This document shows positions 40,113 through 49,397 of a stretch of DNA of 64,000 bases, in pieces. Below the pieces are notes generated by a model. That model was not told where the DNA came from, ran no database searches, and worked only from the letters and a program-made list of their open reading frames with translations. Every line of letters begins with the position of its first letter. The stretch's first letter is position 1. Where the stretch lies: positions 80,568 through 144,567 of the forward strand of contig JAUVXV010000009.1 in the NCBI GenBank assembly GCA_030603365.1. Direction: 5' to 3'. The DNA is from Candidatus Heimdallarchaeota archaeon (GTDB taxonomy: Archaea > Asgardarchaeota > Heimdallarchaeia > Heimdallarchaeales > Heimdallarchaeaceae). A program made the translations under genes and the position numbers.

Positions 40113-41522
40113 TTGGCGAATAGTATGGGTCAAGAGGAAAGTAGCAGTAATCTAATTGAAAGAGTATTAGAAACAATTATTAACAAATCCCAAGAAGAAA
40201 TTGAGGATTTTATTCTTCAAAATTGGTATCCTGAAACATTAGAGAAGAGAGGAGTCAAATCTATTACAGATTCTCTTCATCACCTCAAAAGAGAATTTGG
40301 GGATTTTAAAATTTATCAAACCTTCAATGAATCACCAGGTAAAGAATCTGCATTCTTATTTAATCCGGAAACTGAAGATTGGCTTAAATTCTCTGTAATG
40401 ATAACTGAAGATAAACCATCATTTGTTAAGGGACTAGGATTGAGACCTACAGTACCACCAGATGATGATTCTACTGAAATAAAAGAAGAGAACCTAGCTA
40501 CTGCAATAACTGATTCTATCAAGCGCTTATTAGAAAAGAATCTTTTTTCTGGTGTAGCTCTTGTTGCTAAGGATGATAAAACAGTATTTCAGCTGACCCG
40601 TGGATATTCAAACATTGATTCAGAAATAAAACCTAATCTTGAAACCAAATTCAACCTTGGTTCTATGAATAAGATGTTTACATCCTTAGCGATTGCCAAA
40701 CTTATTGAAGAATGTCATTTTTCCTTTGATACATTCGTAGCTAAGTTGTTGCCGGATATTCAAATAGATCAAGCAGGAAAAATCAAAGTGCACCATCTTC
40801 TCACACATTCTTCTGGTTTAGGTAATTTTTTCACTCCTGAATACATGAAAAATAAGGATAAGTATGTAGAAGTTAAGGATCTTTTACCTTTAATAGAAAC
40901 AGAAAAATTAGCTTTCTCACCAGGTTCTAAGTTTCAATATAGTAACTCTGGTTTTGAAGTCCTTGGAAACATAATAGAAAGTGTAAGCGAAATGTCCTAT
41001 TATGATTTTGTAAGAGAAAAGATTTTTCTTCCATTAGGTATGAAAGATACAGATAGTTACAGACTTGATGATGAAGTGGAGAACCTAGCTAATGGATATA
41101 CTAAGCATTTAGCAATGAATCAACCCCCTTCAAAAGAATGGGTCTTGAATACACGAATGGCAAGAATCAAGGGAAGTGCAGCGGGAGGAGGATATTCTTC
41201 AGCTCAGGATTTGTTAAAATTTAGTCAAGCCTTATTCTCTTATAAGATCATCAATAAAGATCTAACAAAAGAAGTTATCCGAGGAAAAATGCAATTGGAA
41301 CCAGGGAGTGATGAAACTATGTATGGTTATGGTTTTGGAGTTCACAAATTTGGAAGTCTAACAAGATATGGTCATAATGGAGGTGCTCCTGGAATTAACA
41401 GTTTTTTTGGTGTATATCAACCAATTAACTACACAGTTGTAGTACTTTCAAACTATGACCCTCCATCAGCTGAAAGAATAGGTAATAAGATTCATTCCCT
41501 TATAACAAAAATGAAGAAATGA
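40113..41522 (+). CDS. Serine hydrolase, beta-lactamase (AmpC-like) family
   Basis: SMNK, LLTHSSG, YSN, GHNG. Confidence 0.9.
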   Translation: MANSMGQEESSSNLIERVLETIINKSQEEIEDFILQNWYPETLEKRGVKSITDSLHHLKREFGDFKIYQTFNESPGKESAFLFNPETEDWLKFSVMITEDKPSFVKGLGLRPTVPPDDDSTEIKEENLATAITDSIKRLLEKNLFSGVALVAKDDKTVFQLTRGYSNIDSEIKPNLETKFNLGSMNKMFTSLAIAKLIEECHFSFDTFVAKLLPDIQIDQAGKIKVHHLLTHSSGLGNFFTPEYMKNKDKYVEVKDLLPLIETEKLAFSPGSKFQYSNSGFEVLGNIIESVSEMSYYDFVREKIFLPLGMKDTDSYRLDDEVENLANGYTKHLAMNQPPSKEWVLNTRMARIKGSAAGGGYSSAQDLLKFSQALFSYKIINKDLTKEVIRGKMQLEPGSDETMYGYGFGVHKFGSLTRYGHNGGAPGINSFFGVYQPINYTVVVLSNYDPPSAERIGNKIHSLITKMKK

Positions 41523-41530
41523 AAAAGTAG

Positions 41531-41968
41531 TTAGTATTGGATGTAGCTACTCTTAATAGATTGAACAGGTCCTCCACATTCAGGACATTCTCTTTCTCCA
41601 TAAATTACTTCATATCCACAGTACTCACAAAATCTAGCTTTCTTAGCACCTGAAGGTTTGTAGCCTGGAGCATAAGGACCAATTTTAGATATTTTCATGC
41701 TTTTAAGAGAAGAGAATATGGTTTTTCTTTTGCGTGTAAACATAATTACTACTGTGGGCATAAAAATAAATGGAATAAATCCTGCTACACCATATAGCAT
41801 ATAAATTCCTATCCACATCCGATCTATATTTGTAGAAGGATCATCTCCAAAAACACTAGAGAAAATCAGCACTATTGCTGTAACAATTGTTCCTAAGAAT
41901 AATAATCCCTCAATAATGAGAATATACTTAAAAGCACCTATCCCCTTTTTCTTTGTCTCAGTACTCAT
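41531..41968 (-). CDS. 2-TM membrane protein with C-terminal zinc ribbon
   Basis: CEYCG..ECPECGGP. Confidence 0.75.
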   Translation of the reverse strand: MSTETKKKGIGAFKYILIIEGLLFLGTIVTAIVLIFSSVFGDDPSTNIDRMWIGIYMLYGVAGFIPFIFMPTVVIMFTRKRKTIFSSLKSMKISKIGPYAPGYKPSGAKKARFCEYCGYEVIYGERECPECGGPVQSIKSSYIQY

Positions 41969-42174
41969 CTTGTTATTTTTTGCAATTAGATTAATAAAGT
42001 TTGAGATTAAAATAACCGAATTACTGCTATAAACACCAGTACTGCTAAAAATTGCAGTACTTCTATAATTTATTGATTTACTCGACGATAACTTTTTTCC
42101 TCTTTTATTAAATTTACAGGCTTTCTGTTTGAATATGAAGTTCTAATAGTTCCAACAACCAAAGAATGAGTTTT

Positions 42175-42609
42175 CTATTTTTCCTTTATTGGTCCTCCAC
42201 ATTCGGGACATTCACCAACTAGTGTTTCTGTGCCATATCCACAGTAAGAACAATAATAGACCTTCTTTTTTGAACCTGCATCTTCTGGGTAATTCTTAGT
42301 TGTATATGGTGAATCTGCAGCACTAATTGTAGAAGAATATCCTGAAGAAGCTTGTTTCCTGGATTTTGTAACAGAGATGACCATACCAATCATCATGAAA
42401 GCCATTGTAGACCCAACAACTCCAAAGAATATTGACCCTCCAATTGAAGCTAAATCAAACCCCTCGATTCCTGAAACGATAGCTGCGATGAAGAAACCTA
42501 TCGCTGTCAAAAATCCTGCAATTTCTAAGGAGACAATTACTAAAACTAGTTTGTTTAGAGGTTTCTTTTTCTTCTTCGAAGGTTCGTTTTTCGACATATC
42601 CTGATTCAT
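42175..42609 (-). CDS. 2-TM membrane protein with C-terminal zinc ribbon (paralog)
   Basis: CSYCG..ECPECGGP. Confidence 0.75.
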   Translation of the reverse strand: MNQDMSKNEPSKKKKKPLNKLVLVIVSLEIAGFLTAIGFFIAAIVSGIEGFDLASIGGSIFFGVVGSTMAFMMIGMVISVTKSRKQASSGYSSTISAADSPYTTKNYPEDAGSKKKVYYCSYCGYGTETLVGECPECGGPIKEK

Positions 42610-42663
42610 TACTAAAATATTAGTGAAACCAGTTTAAAAAATTTAGTGAATATAGCTAGTTAA

Positions 42664-42855
42664 TTATCTTGAATTCATGAATAATCCTGAAGCATACGGT
42701 ACTTCTTCACCTGTGTCAAGATGACTGGGTTCAAAGATCTTTCTGGTTAGAATTTGTTTTCGTTTAGTAAGTTTATTTCCATAAAAATTCTGATTCCAAA
42801 GAACCCAGTCTGTAATGTTTGTAATTCTTAAAGAATAATCTAGCAATATTTTCAA
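42664..42855 (-). pseudogene. Probable remnant of a beta-lactamase-family serine hydrolase
   Basis: TNITDWVLWNQNFYGNKL...LDTGEEVPYASGLF resembles the C-terminal segment of these enzymes; no SxxK. Confidence 0.45.
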
Positions 42856-42937
42856 TTATTGAGAAAGTATAATGGTTAAATTTTAAAGCATTGTCGTTCT
42901 ACAATAATATAGAAACAAATTATTGGTTTGTGATTAA

Positions 42938-43504
42938 ATGTCAGAAAAAAAAATTCTAATTTTTTATGGCACCAGGTATGGAGCAACAGAGGGAGTAGCA
43001 GGAAAGATGGCAGAATTAATAAGAGAAAAGGGAAGCCAAGCAGAAGTGTATAACCTAAAAGACCTACCAGATGATAGGATTCCTGATTTCTCCAACTATG
43101 ATGGTATCCTTATCGGATCAAGCATAAGAATTGGTCAATGGACTAGAGATGTTAAGAAGTTTATTGGAAACAAAGCTGAGGAATTAAATAAATTCAAAGG
43201 CAAAAAAGGGTTCTATGTCTGTTCGGGGTATGCTTCAAATCCAGATACCTACGAAAAAGTGAAAGTAGAATATACTACAGATGCATGCGAGAAATTAGGT
43301 GTTAAGAAACTAGACTTATTCGATGCTTTTGGAGGATTAATGGACTTTACGGATACATCTCGAATGGGATGGTTGGAGAAGAAAATCTTGAAAAAGGCTG
43401 CAAAACAAACAACTGGTGAAAGCGCAGAGGATGATAGTTATACTGATCTAAGAGATTGGGATCAGATTGAAAAATTCACTTTGGAATTTCTAGGAAAATT
43501 GTAA
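42938..43504 (+). CDS. Flavodoxin-domain protein (HemG/Flavodoxin_5-like)
   Basis: YGTRYGAT, IGSSI, AFGG, DLRDWDQI. Confidence 0.88.
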   Translation: MSEKKILIFYGTRYGATEGVAGKMAELIREKGSQAEVYNLKDLPDDRIPDFSNYDGILIGSSIRIGQWTRDVKKFIGNKAEELNKFKGKKGFYVCSGYASNPDTYEKVKVEYTTDACEKLGVKKLDLFDAFGGLMDFTDTSRMGWLEKKILKKAAKQTTGESAEDDSYTDLRDWDQIEKFTLEFLGKL

Positions 43505-43527
43505 ATGAAGAAAAATAGTTAGGAAGT

Positions 43528-43650
43528 TTAATAGAATACGAATTGACCATTGAAGTAGGTAATCTCTTTCTTTTCTACCTTTCTAACTTCAGGTTGATAT
43601 ACCCATTGTTCATCGTTTTCAATTTTTTTGTTTTTTGTTTTTTCAGCCAT
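43528..43650 (-). CDS. 40-aa microprotein, copy A (absent from the ORF track)
   Basis: MAEKTKNKKIENDEQWVYQPEVRKVEKKEITYFNGQFVFY*; AGGTG RBS; paralog at 52319..52441. Confidence 0.75.
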   Translation of the reverse strand: MAEKTKNKKIENDEQWVYQPEVRKVEKKEITYFNGQFVFY

Positions 43651-43880
43651 TTTTTGCACCTATGTTAACTATAACTGGTCACATGATAAGAAGCTGGTGA
43701 GCTAAAGTGACCAAAAAGTGACCACAAGAAAAAACTTGAAGGCGCTCTTTTCAGAGACTATCCCACAAGTTTACAAGGTTTTCTTCTGAATCAAGCAATA
43801 GAGAATTCATCAAAATCTGAACATGTTGAATTGTGTCCATTTTAAAAAACATACATTTTATGTTTTCCAATCTACTCTTG

Positions 43881-44510
43881 TTATTTTTGAACTATATATT
43901 CAAATGAGGATTCTCTGAAATATTCATTACGAACAAGTACCTCGATTTGTGTTTTTTCTTTGAATATTAATTTTGTACCTTCAAGCATTTGATCTGTTTC
44001 TTCCTCTGTAAAGAAAGAATGCACAGTTTCTTCTCCGTGCTCCATATTCCAAAACTCTCCCTGATTCTTCTCTTCTCCCAATGATGGATGCACATTCTTA
44101 TACCAAAGAAAGTTTATACAAAGCAAACCTCCTTTCTTCAGCACTCTTAGCATTTCCTTTACAGCCTTTTTTGTATCTGCTTTTGTTAGATGGATACTTG
44201 AGTTATATGAGTAAACAAGGTCAAAAAATCTGCCATCAAAAGATAAGTCTCTCATGTCACCTTTTAACAATTTAAAATCCTGACCATATCTTGCTGCAAA
44301 ATCTTCTGCTTCCTCAAGTGCATTATCAGAAATATCTATTCCATATGCATCATACCCATGTTTGCAGAAAAGTGCTAAAGGAGGATTTTGACCTCCAGCT
44401 CCACAATCTAGAACCTTACCTTTTTCAGGTTTTTTCCACTTTGCTAAACGCAAAAATTTGTAAATTGTTGGACGAAATAATGTAAGACTAAAATCATTCT
44501 TTTCAGTCAT
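43881..44510 (-). CDS. Class I SAM-dependent methyltransferase
   Basis: VLDCGAG, GIDIS, GDMR, RVLKKGG. Confidence 0.9.
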   Translation of the reverse strand: MTEKNDFSLTLFRPTIYKFLRLAKWKKPEKGKVLDCGAGGQNPPLALFCKHGYDAYGIDISDNALEEAEDFAARYGQDFKLLKGDMRDLSFDGRFFDLVYSYNSSIHLTKADTKKAVKEMLRVLKKGGLLCINFLWYKNVHPSLGEEKNQGEFWNMEHGEETVHSFFTEEETDQMLEGTKLIFKEKTQIEVLVRNEYFRESSFEYIVQK

Positions 44511-44592
44511 AATAAATTCTTAGAAGATTACACATTTATAAAAATTCGGAAGAAAATTCTAGCTTGATTAACTCCTTCCTTCGAACGCGGTC

Positions 44593-44991
44593 TCAATGTT
44601 CTTTTTCAAAATCTAGAGTTACAGAATTTATACAAAATCTTAATCCTGTAGGTTTAGGTCCATCATCAAAAATGTGTCCTAGATGCCCTCCACAATTCTT
44701 ACAAAGAACTTCAGTTCTGATCATATCATGACTTGTATCTATTTCTTCCTCGATATTTCCTTCTTCAAGAGGTTCAAAAAAGCTTGGCCAACCACAACCA
44801 GAGTCAAACTTAGTGTCTGATTCGAAGAGTGGAGTTCCACATCCAGCACATTTGTAAGTTCCCTTTTCTTTATGATCCCAAAATTCACCAGTAAATGGTC
44901 TTTCTGTTCCTTTCAAACGCAGAACAAAAAATTGTTCTTTGGACAATTTGTCTTTCCATTCTTTCTCTGATTTCTTTACAGATTCATTCAT
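44593..44991 (-). CDS. msrB: Peptide-methionine (R)-S-oxide reductase (start revised to 44991)
   Basis: GTERPF, CAGC, SGCGWPSF, CKNCGGHLGHIFDDGP, RFCINS. Confidence 0.95.
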   Translation of the reverse strand: MNESVKKSEKEWKDKLSKEQFFVLRLKGTERPFTGEFWDHKEKGTYKCAGCGTPLFESDTKFDSGCGWPSFFEPLEEGNIEEEIDTSHDMIRTEVLCKNCGGHLGHIFDDGPKPTGLRFCINSVTLDFEKEH

Positions 44992-45046
44992 CAATATGAT
45001 ATCTTCTTCGAAACAATTAAAACTAATGCTCCTACAAGAAATATTA

Positions 45047-45601
45047 ATGAGTTCAGAAGAACCAGAACAAACTGAATCTTTTGGTGAATTTACTAGCAAT
45101 CTCTTAATTGCTCTAGATACCTTGGAATTGGCTCCGGATAGTCTTTGGACAATCATAAGACCAACTTTGTATTTTAGTATACCTGGTTTAATAGGAACAA
45201 TACTTGGTTACTGGCTTATGGTTAAAGATGAAGGTACAATCTGGGAATATTTACTCTTAGCATTTAGCGTCTTCTTCTTAGCAACTGGTATTATGTTTGT
45301 AATTGTTGGATTAACTCAACTTTCTTCTAACAGGAGGAGATACACATTTACCAAAGCTGGTCTTACAATAAAACCGTTGTTTGATGAAAAACGATTTATC
45401 TCTTGGGAAGAAATGAGTTCTCTTGAAATTGAGGGAAAAGATCAAAGCATAAGAAAGAAAAAGAAGTGTGTTATCAAAATTGAAGAAGAAGAAATTGTAA
45501 TTAACATTAGAGGTTTATATGAACCATCATCTAAATCAAGAAACCATGATAATATTCTTGAAGCAATTGAGAAATATTATCAAAGGATGAAAAAGAAGTG
45601 A
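45047..45601 (+). CDS. 2-TM membrane protein with PH-like soluble domain
   Basis: Two TMs followed by YTFT..GL.I..ISWEE; start revised to avoid overlap with msrB. Confidence 0.6.
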   Translation: MSSEEPEQTESFGEFTSNLLIALDTLELAPDSLWTIIRPTLYFSIPGLIGTILGYWLMVKDEGTIWEYLLLAFSVFFLATGIMFVIVGLTQLSSNRRRYTFTKAGLTIKPLFDEKRFISWEEMSSLEIEGKDQSIRKKKKCVIKIEEEEIVINIRGLYEPSSKSRNHDNILEAIEKYYQRMKKK

Positions 45602-45608
45602 ATTCTGA

Positions 45609-46058
45609 CTAGTTTTCAAGTTCTTCATTCGATTTCTTATTACTTCTTTTTAATGCAAACACAAATGCTATTATGAATATTATAAAGAGAAGAATTCTAA
45701 TTGATTGGAAAATAGCAAATTGTGTGACCGTTTGATTCGAATACCCTTGTAGGAATAACACTAATTCTCCAGTAAATAGTCCTAAAACAACAGGAAATGC
45801 AGTAAAAAATAATATCAATCTTCTCTCGATAGGTTTTCTGTCACCCCAAATTAATAGTATTGTCCATCCCCACATCAATGCCATTCCAGCACTGAGCATA
45901 AACCTTAACTCATTTGTAGGTTCTGGGTAGTCCATTCCTATATTCACTTGGAAGAAAACATATAGTGTCATTGAAAGGGCTACAAGAAAATCCATCAAAG
46001 CACCTAACCAGTAAGCAAAACGGATAAAGATTAAATCTAGTTGCATTTGCTTTTTCAT
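45609..46058 (-). CDS. Hypothetical 4-TM membrane protein
   Basis: ALMWGWT..W.DRKPIERR. Confidence 0.7.
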   Translation of the reverse strand: MKKQMQLDLIFIRFAYWLGALMDFLVALSMTLYVFFQVNIGMDYPEPTNELRFMLSAGMALMWGWTILLIWGDRKPIERRLILFFTAFPVVLGLFTGELVLFLQGYSNQTVTQFAIFQSIRILLFIIFIIAFVFALKRSNKKSNEELEN

Positions 46059-46155
46059 TTCTATTCATCCATTATTTTTGTTAATGAATCAAACCGAGTT
46101 AATAATTGTTATGCAATTCAATATCCTTAGCTTAATGTTTTAAAATTAGAATGAG

Positions 46156-47379
46156 ATGTTTTTAGCGAATACAATGACAGAATTCATTCTCAATACAAAT
46201 GATTTTGAATCTATTTTAGTGAACAAAGCTCAAGGTTCATGGATTTGGGATGTTAAGGGGAAGAAATATTTGGATTGCACATCAGGAGTATGGTGCTTGC
46301 TTATAGGTCATAACCATCCTAAATTGATTAAAACTATAAAATCTCAAATAGATAATCTAATCCATACAAATAACAGATTTTTGTCACCAATAACATTAGA
46401 AGCTGCTGAAAGAGTATTAAACTTCATCCCTGGAAATTTTGATAAAATTACATTTCTAAATAGTGGTAGTGAAGCAGTTGAGTTTTCGATTAATTTAGCA
46501 AAGAAAATAACAGGTAGAGTAGATGTACTTTCTTTGAAAGATTCATATTATGGTTCTTATGGGACCTCCAAATCATTATCTTACACTTCTGGTAAAGAAT
46601 CTAAGATGAAATTGCAATATAGAAAATGTAATTCTGAAGAATGTAATTGTATAGAAGATTTAATTCCAATTCTTGATGAACTATTACTAGCTGAATCCAT
46701 CCAACCAGCTTGTTTTGTACTTGAGCCAATCATGGTAAGCGGTGGTATTCACAAACCCTGCAAAAAGTATGTTGAAGAGGTTTGTAATAGAATAAAAAAT
46801 GCTGGTGGATTAATAATTTCGAATGAGGTAACTACAGGATTAGGAAGGTCAGGAAAACCTTTCGGATTTCAACATTATAATATTACTCCTGATATAATCG
46901 TTTTGGGTAAGGGATTAGGAGCAGGTTATCCAGTAAGTGCGATTATCACTAGATCAGAACTAGCATCAAAAATACCAGCTGAACAGAAATATTATGCTCA
47001 ATCGCATCAGCTAGATCCTCTAGGATCTGCAATTGCTAATACAGTTGTTAGAATAATTGAAGAGGATGAAATAATCGAAAGGAGTCAAGAAATTATTAGT
47101 ATTCTTGAAGAATTCTTTGGTAATCTAAGACATCCTTCCATTAAAGAAATCAGACAATATGGTATGATCATCGGTATCCAAATCCAACCTTATTCTAGCA
47201 AAAATAGTTCTCAACTAATACTTGAAATCAAGAATAGATTGTTGGAGGAAGGTATTATGATCGGACTGAGTCTTGGAAAAGATTTGTTAAGACTTTTACC
47301 ACCACTAAATATGTCTGTAGAAGAAGTGGACTTCCTTAAACGGAAATTAACTAAGGTTTTTGATAATCTATCCCCTTAA
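46156..47379 (+). CDS. Class III PLP-dependent aminotransferase
   Basis: GKKYLD, GHNHP, SGSEAVE, EP, NEVTTGLGRSG, GKGLGAG. Confidence 0.9.
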   Translation: MFLANTMTEFILNTNDFESILVNKAQGSWIWDVKGKKYLDCTSGVWCLLIGHNHPKLIKTIKSQIDNLIHTNNRFLSPITLEAAERVLNFIPGNFDKITFLNSGSEAVEFSINLAKKITGRVDVLSLKDSYYGSYGTSKSLSYTSGKESKMKLQYRKCNSEECNCIEDLIPILDELLLAESIQPACFVLEPIMVSGGIHKPCKKYVEEVCNRIKNAGGLIISNEVTTGLGRSGKPFGFQHYNITPDIIVLGKGLGAGYPVSAIITRSELASKIPAEQKYYAQSHQLDPLGSAIANTVVRIIEEDEIIERSQEIISILEEFFGNLRHPSIKEIRQYGMIIGIQIQPYSSKNSSQLILEIKNRLLEEGIMIGLSLGKDLLRLLPPLNMSVEEVDFLKRKLTKVFDNLSP

Positions 47380-47572
47380 GATGTTCAATGTTAATCTTTT
47401 CACTTCATAGATTTTCAAATATATTACTTAGTCTAATCTTTTATTTAGTGCAGGATTTGTCGAAAGACTAAAAACGTGTCTAGAGCACTTTTAATATCAT
47501 TTATTTACATATAATATTTTTTCGTTGTAAGCGGTACTTTATCAGTATCTCATTTAGCATACAATTGATGCT

Positions 47573-49150
47573 ATGTCAGAATCTACTAGTACTTACGATG
47601 TGATTATCGTGGGTTCAGGAGTCGGTGGTTTAACCGCTGGAGTTACTTTGCAAACATTGAAACCTGAAATGAAAACACTAATATTAGAACAGCATTATGC
47701 TCCTGGTGGTTATATTAGTGGATTTAGACGTAAAGGATACTATTTTGATTCTGGCGCAGAAGGATTAGTTTTTTGTGGGGAAGGACAGAATTTTAGAAGG
47801 GCTATCGAAGGTTTAGGAGTTAATTTAAAATTTCTTAATATAGATCCTGTAGAAGAATTGCACTATTCAGATAAGACTGTAACAATGCATCAAGATGCTG
47901 AAAAGTATGTAAAAGAACTAATCCAAAAGTATCCTGATAACAAAGATGAAATTGAGAAATTATTCTCTGTTCTAAGGAAGATAAATAGTGAGTACCACTC
48001 TAATGTAAAAACAGGATTAGATCCAACTTTCAAAGAACTGCTGAAGATTAGTTTTACCTGCCCAACCATGCGTAAATATGTATTTATGTCATTCAAGGAT
48101 TTTATTGATAGATTCATTACTAATGAGCAATTGAAGAAAGTTCTTTCGGTCTATTGTCTATGGTTAGGTGTTCCATCTGAATCCATAAGGGCAGTGGCAG
48201 CAGGATTAATATTCTTCTCACCAGTTTTCGATGGACATTACTATCCAAAAGGAGGAATGTTTGCATTTGCAAAGAGTCTTGCAGATTCTTTCGTTAACAA
48301 AGGAGGAGAGATTGAGTATAAGAAGAAAGTCACTAGAATCCTGACTAAGAAAAGAAAAGCAGTAGGCGTAGAACTAGCAGATGGGACTAAAATTAGAAGT
48401 AAATGGATTATTTCTAATGCTGATCTGAAGAGAACTGTTTTCGAGTATGTGGGTATGAACAAATTTCCTAATAGCTATTTAGTCAAGGTTGCTAAAAAGA
48501 ACCAATCAGTATCAGGTTTTTCTGTTTTTCTAGGACTGGATAAAGAACTCACAGGTTACCCATCGCATATGGCATATAATCTGGACGCAGATAGGAATAT
48601 CAAAGAAATTCTGGGAGGAAAGTATGATCCCAAAGAAGTGATGATAAGAATTCCTTCAAAAATTGATCCCGATCTTTCAAATAATGGTAAATCCTCTGTT
48701 ATTCTTTTATCATTTGCTCCCTATGATTGGGAAAATAAATGGAATAGTTCTCACAAAGAATCATACAAAGAAACAAAAGAAAAGTATGCAGATAAGCTAA
48801 TCAAGTTAGCAGAAAATGTTATTCCTGAATTATCTAAACATATTGAAGTTAAGTTGATCTCAACTCCTTTAACTTTCGAACGATATTCCTTGAATACACA
48901 AGGTGCATGGTATGGTCCAAGAGAAGGATCACTTAAAATTGGAAAGAAAACTCCAATAAGAAAACTAGTTTTAGCTGGAGCAAATACAGCAGGTGCAGGA
49001 GTTCCACCAAGTTTCTTTTCAGGTATAAAAACAGCAAAGCATATCATAAATAGATTCGGTGCAGGAAAGAGAACCTTGAGAGTAATGTTCCCTGTTATCA
49101 GTCATTTGTCATTCAAAGCAAGAAACAGAGCTATATTGAGTATAGCTTGA
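47573..49150 (+). CDS. FAD-dependent oxidoreductase, phytoene desaturase / retinol reductase family
   Basis: GSGVGG, PGGY..F.RKGY.FD, YPKGG, STPLTFERY. Confidence 0.85.
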   Translation: MSESTSTYDVIIVGSGVGGLTAGVTLQTLKPEMKTLILEQHYAPGGYISGFRRKGYYFDSGAEGLVFCGEGQNFRRAIEGLGVNLKFLNIDPVEELHYSDKTVTMHQDAEKYVKELIQKYPDNKDEIEKLFSVLRKINSEYHSNVKTGLDPTFKELLKISFTCPTMRKYVFMSFKDFIDRFITNEQLKKVLSVYCLWLGVPSESIRAVAAGLIFFSPVFDGHYYPKGGMFAFAKSLADSFVNKGGEIEYKKKVTRILTKKRKAVGVELADGTKIRSKWIISNADLKRTVFEYVGMNKFPNSYLVKVAKKNQSVSGFSVFLGLDKELTGYPSHMAYNLDADRNIKEILGGKYDPKEVMIRIPSKIDPDLSNNGKSSVILLSFAPYDWENKWNSSHKESYKETKEKYADKLIKLAENVIPELSKHIEVKLISTPLTFERYSLNTQGAWYGPREGSLKIGKKTPIRKLVLAGANTAGAGVPPSFFSGIKTAKHIINRFGAGKRTLRVMFPVISHLSFKARNRAILSIA

Positions 49151-49165
49151 TTTTTTAACCTTCAA

Positions 49166-49321
49166 TCAATCTTTTAAGAGAACAGAGAAGATAAATTATA
49201 GAAGTAAAAGTAATTTAGCAGAATTCATTGCATAGCATCTGAATGGGCAATAGAAAGTCTGTTTGGTACTCCAGTGAGTATTAACTTATGGTTTTCCACA
49301 AACAACGCACTTGCCAACCAT
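49166..49321 (-). pseudogene. Decayed zinc-finger + TM gene
   Basis: MVGKCVVCGKP*VNTHWSTKQTFYCPFRCYAMNSAKLLLLL*FIFSVLLKD*, with two in-frame TAA stops. Confidence 0.45.
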
Positions 49322-49397
49322 TGTATTCAGACACATGTAAATCTTCTACTTTTTAAAAGAATTAGAATAAAAAAGAAAAAAGTGGGTAAGAAACAGT

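Noticed and set aside
41969-42174. Interrupted minus-strand frame with a hydrophobic tail
   Set aside because: May be a gene remnant, but no recognisable homology or good start signal.
43751-43840. 29-codon minus-strand ORF (MDTIQHVQ...)
   Set aside because: No paralog, motif or clear RBS.
44939-45156. Apparent head-to-head overlap of msrB and the membrane protein gene
   Set aside because: Disappears when starts at 44991 and 45047 are used.
47573-49150. Carotenoid biosynthesis gene (crtI) call
   Set aside because: The family is broad and no other crt genes are adjacent, so it is left as a family-level call.
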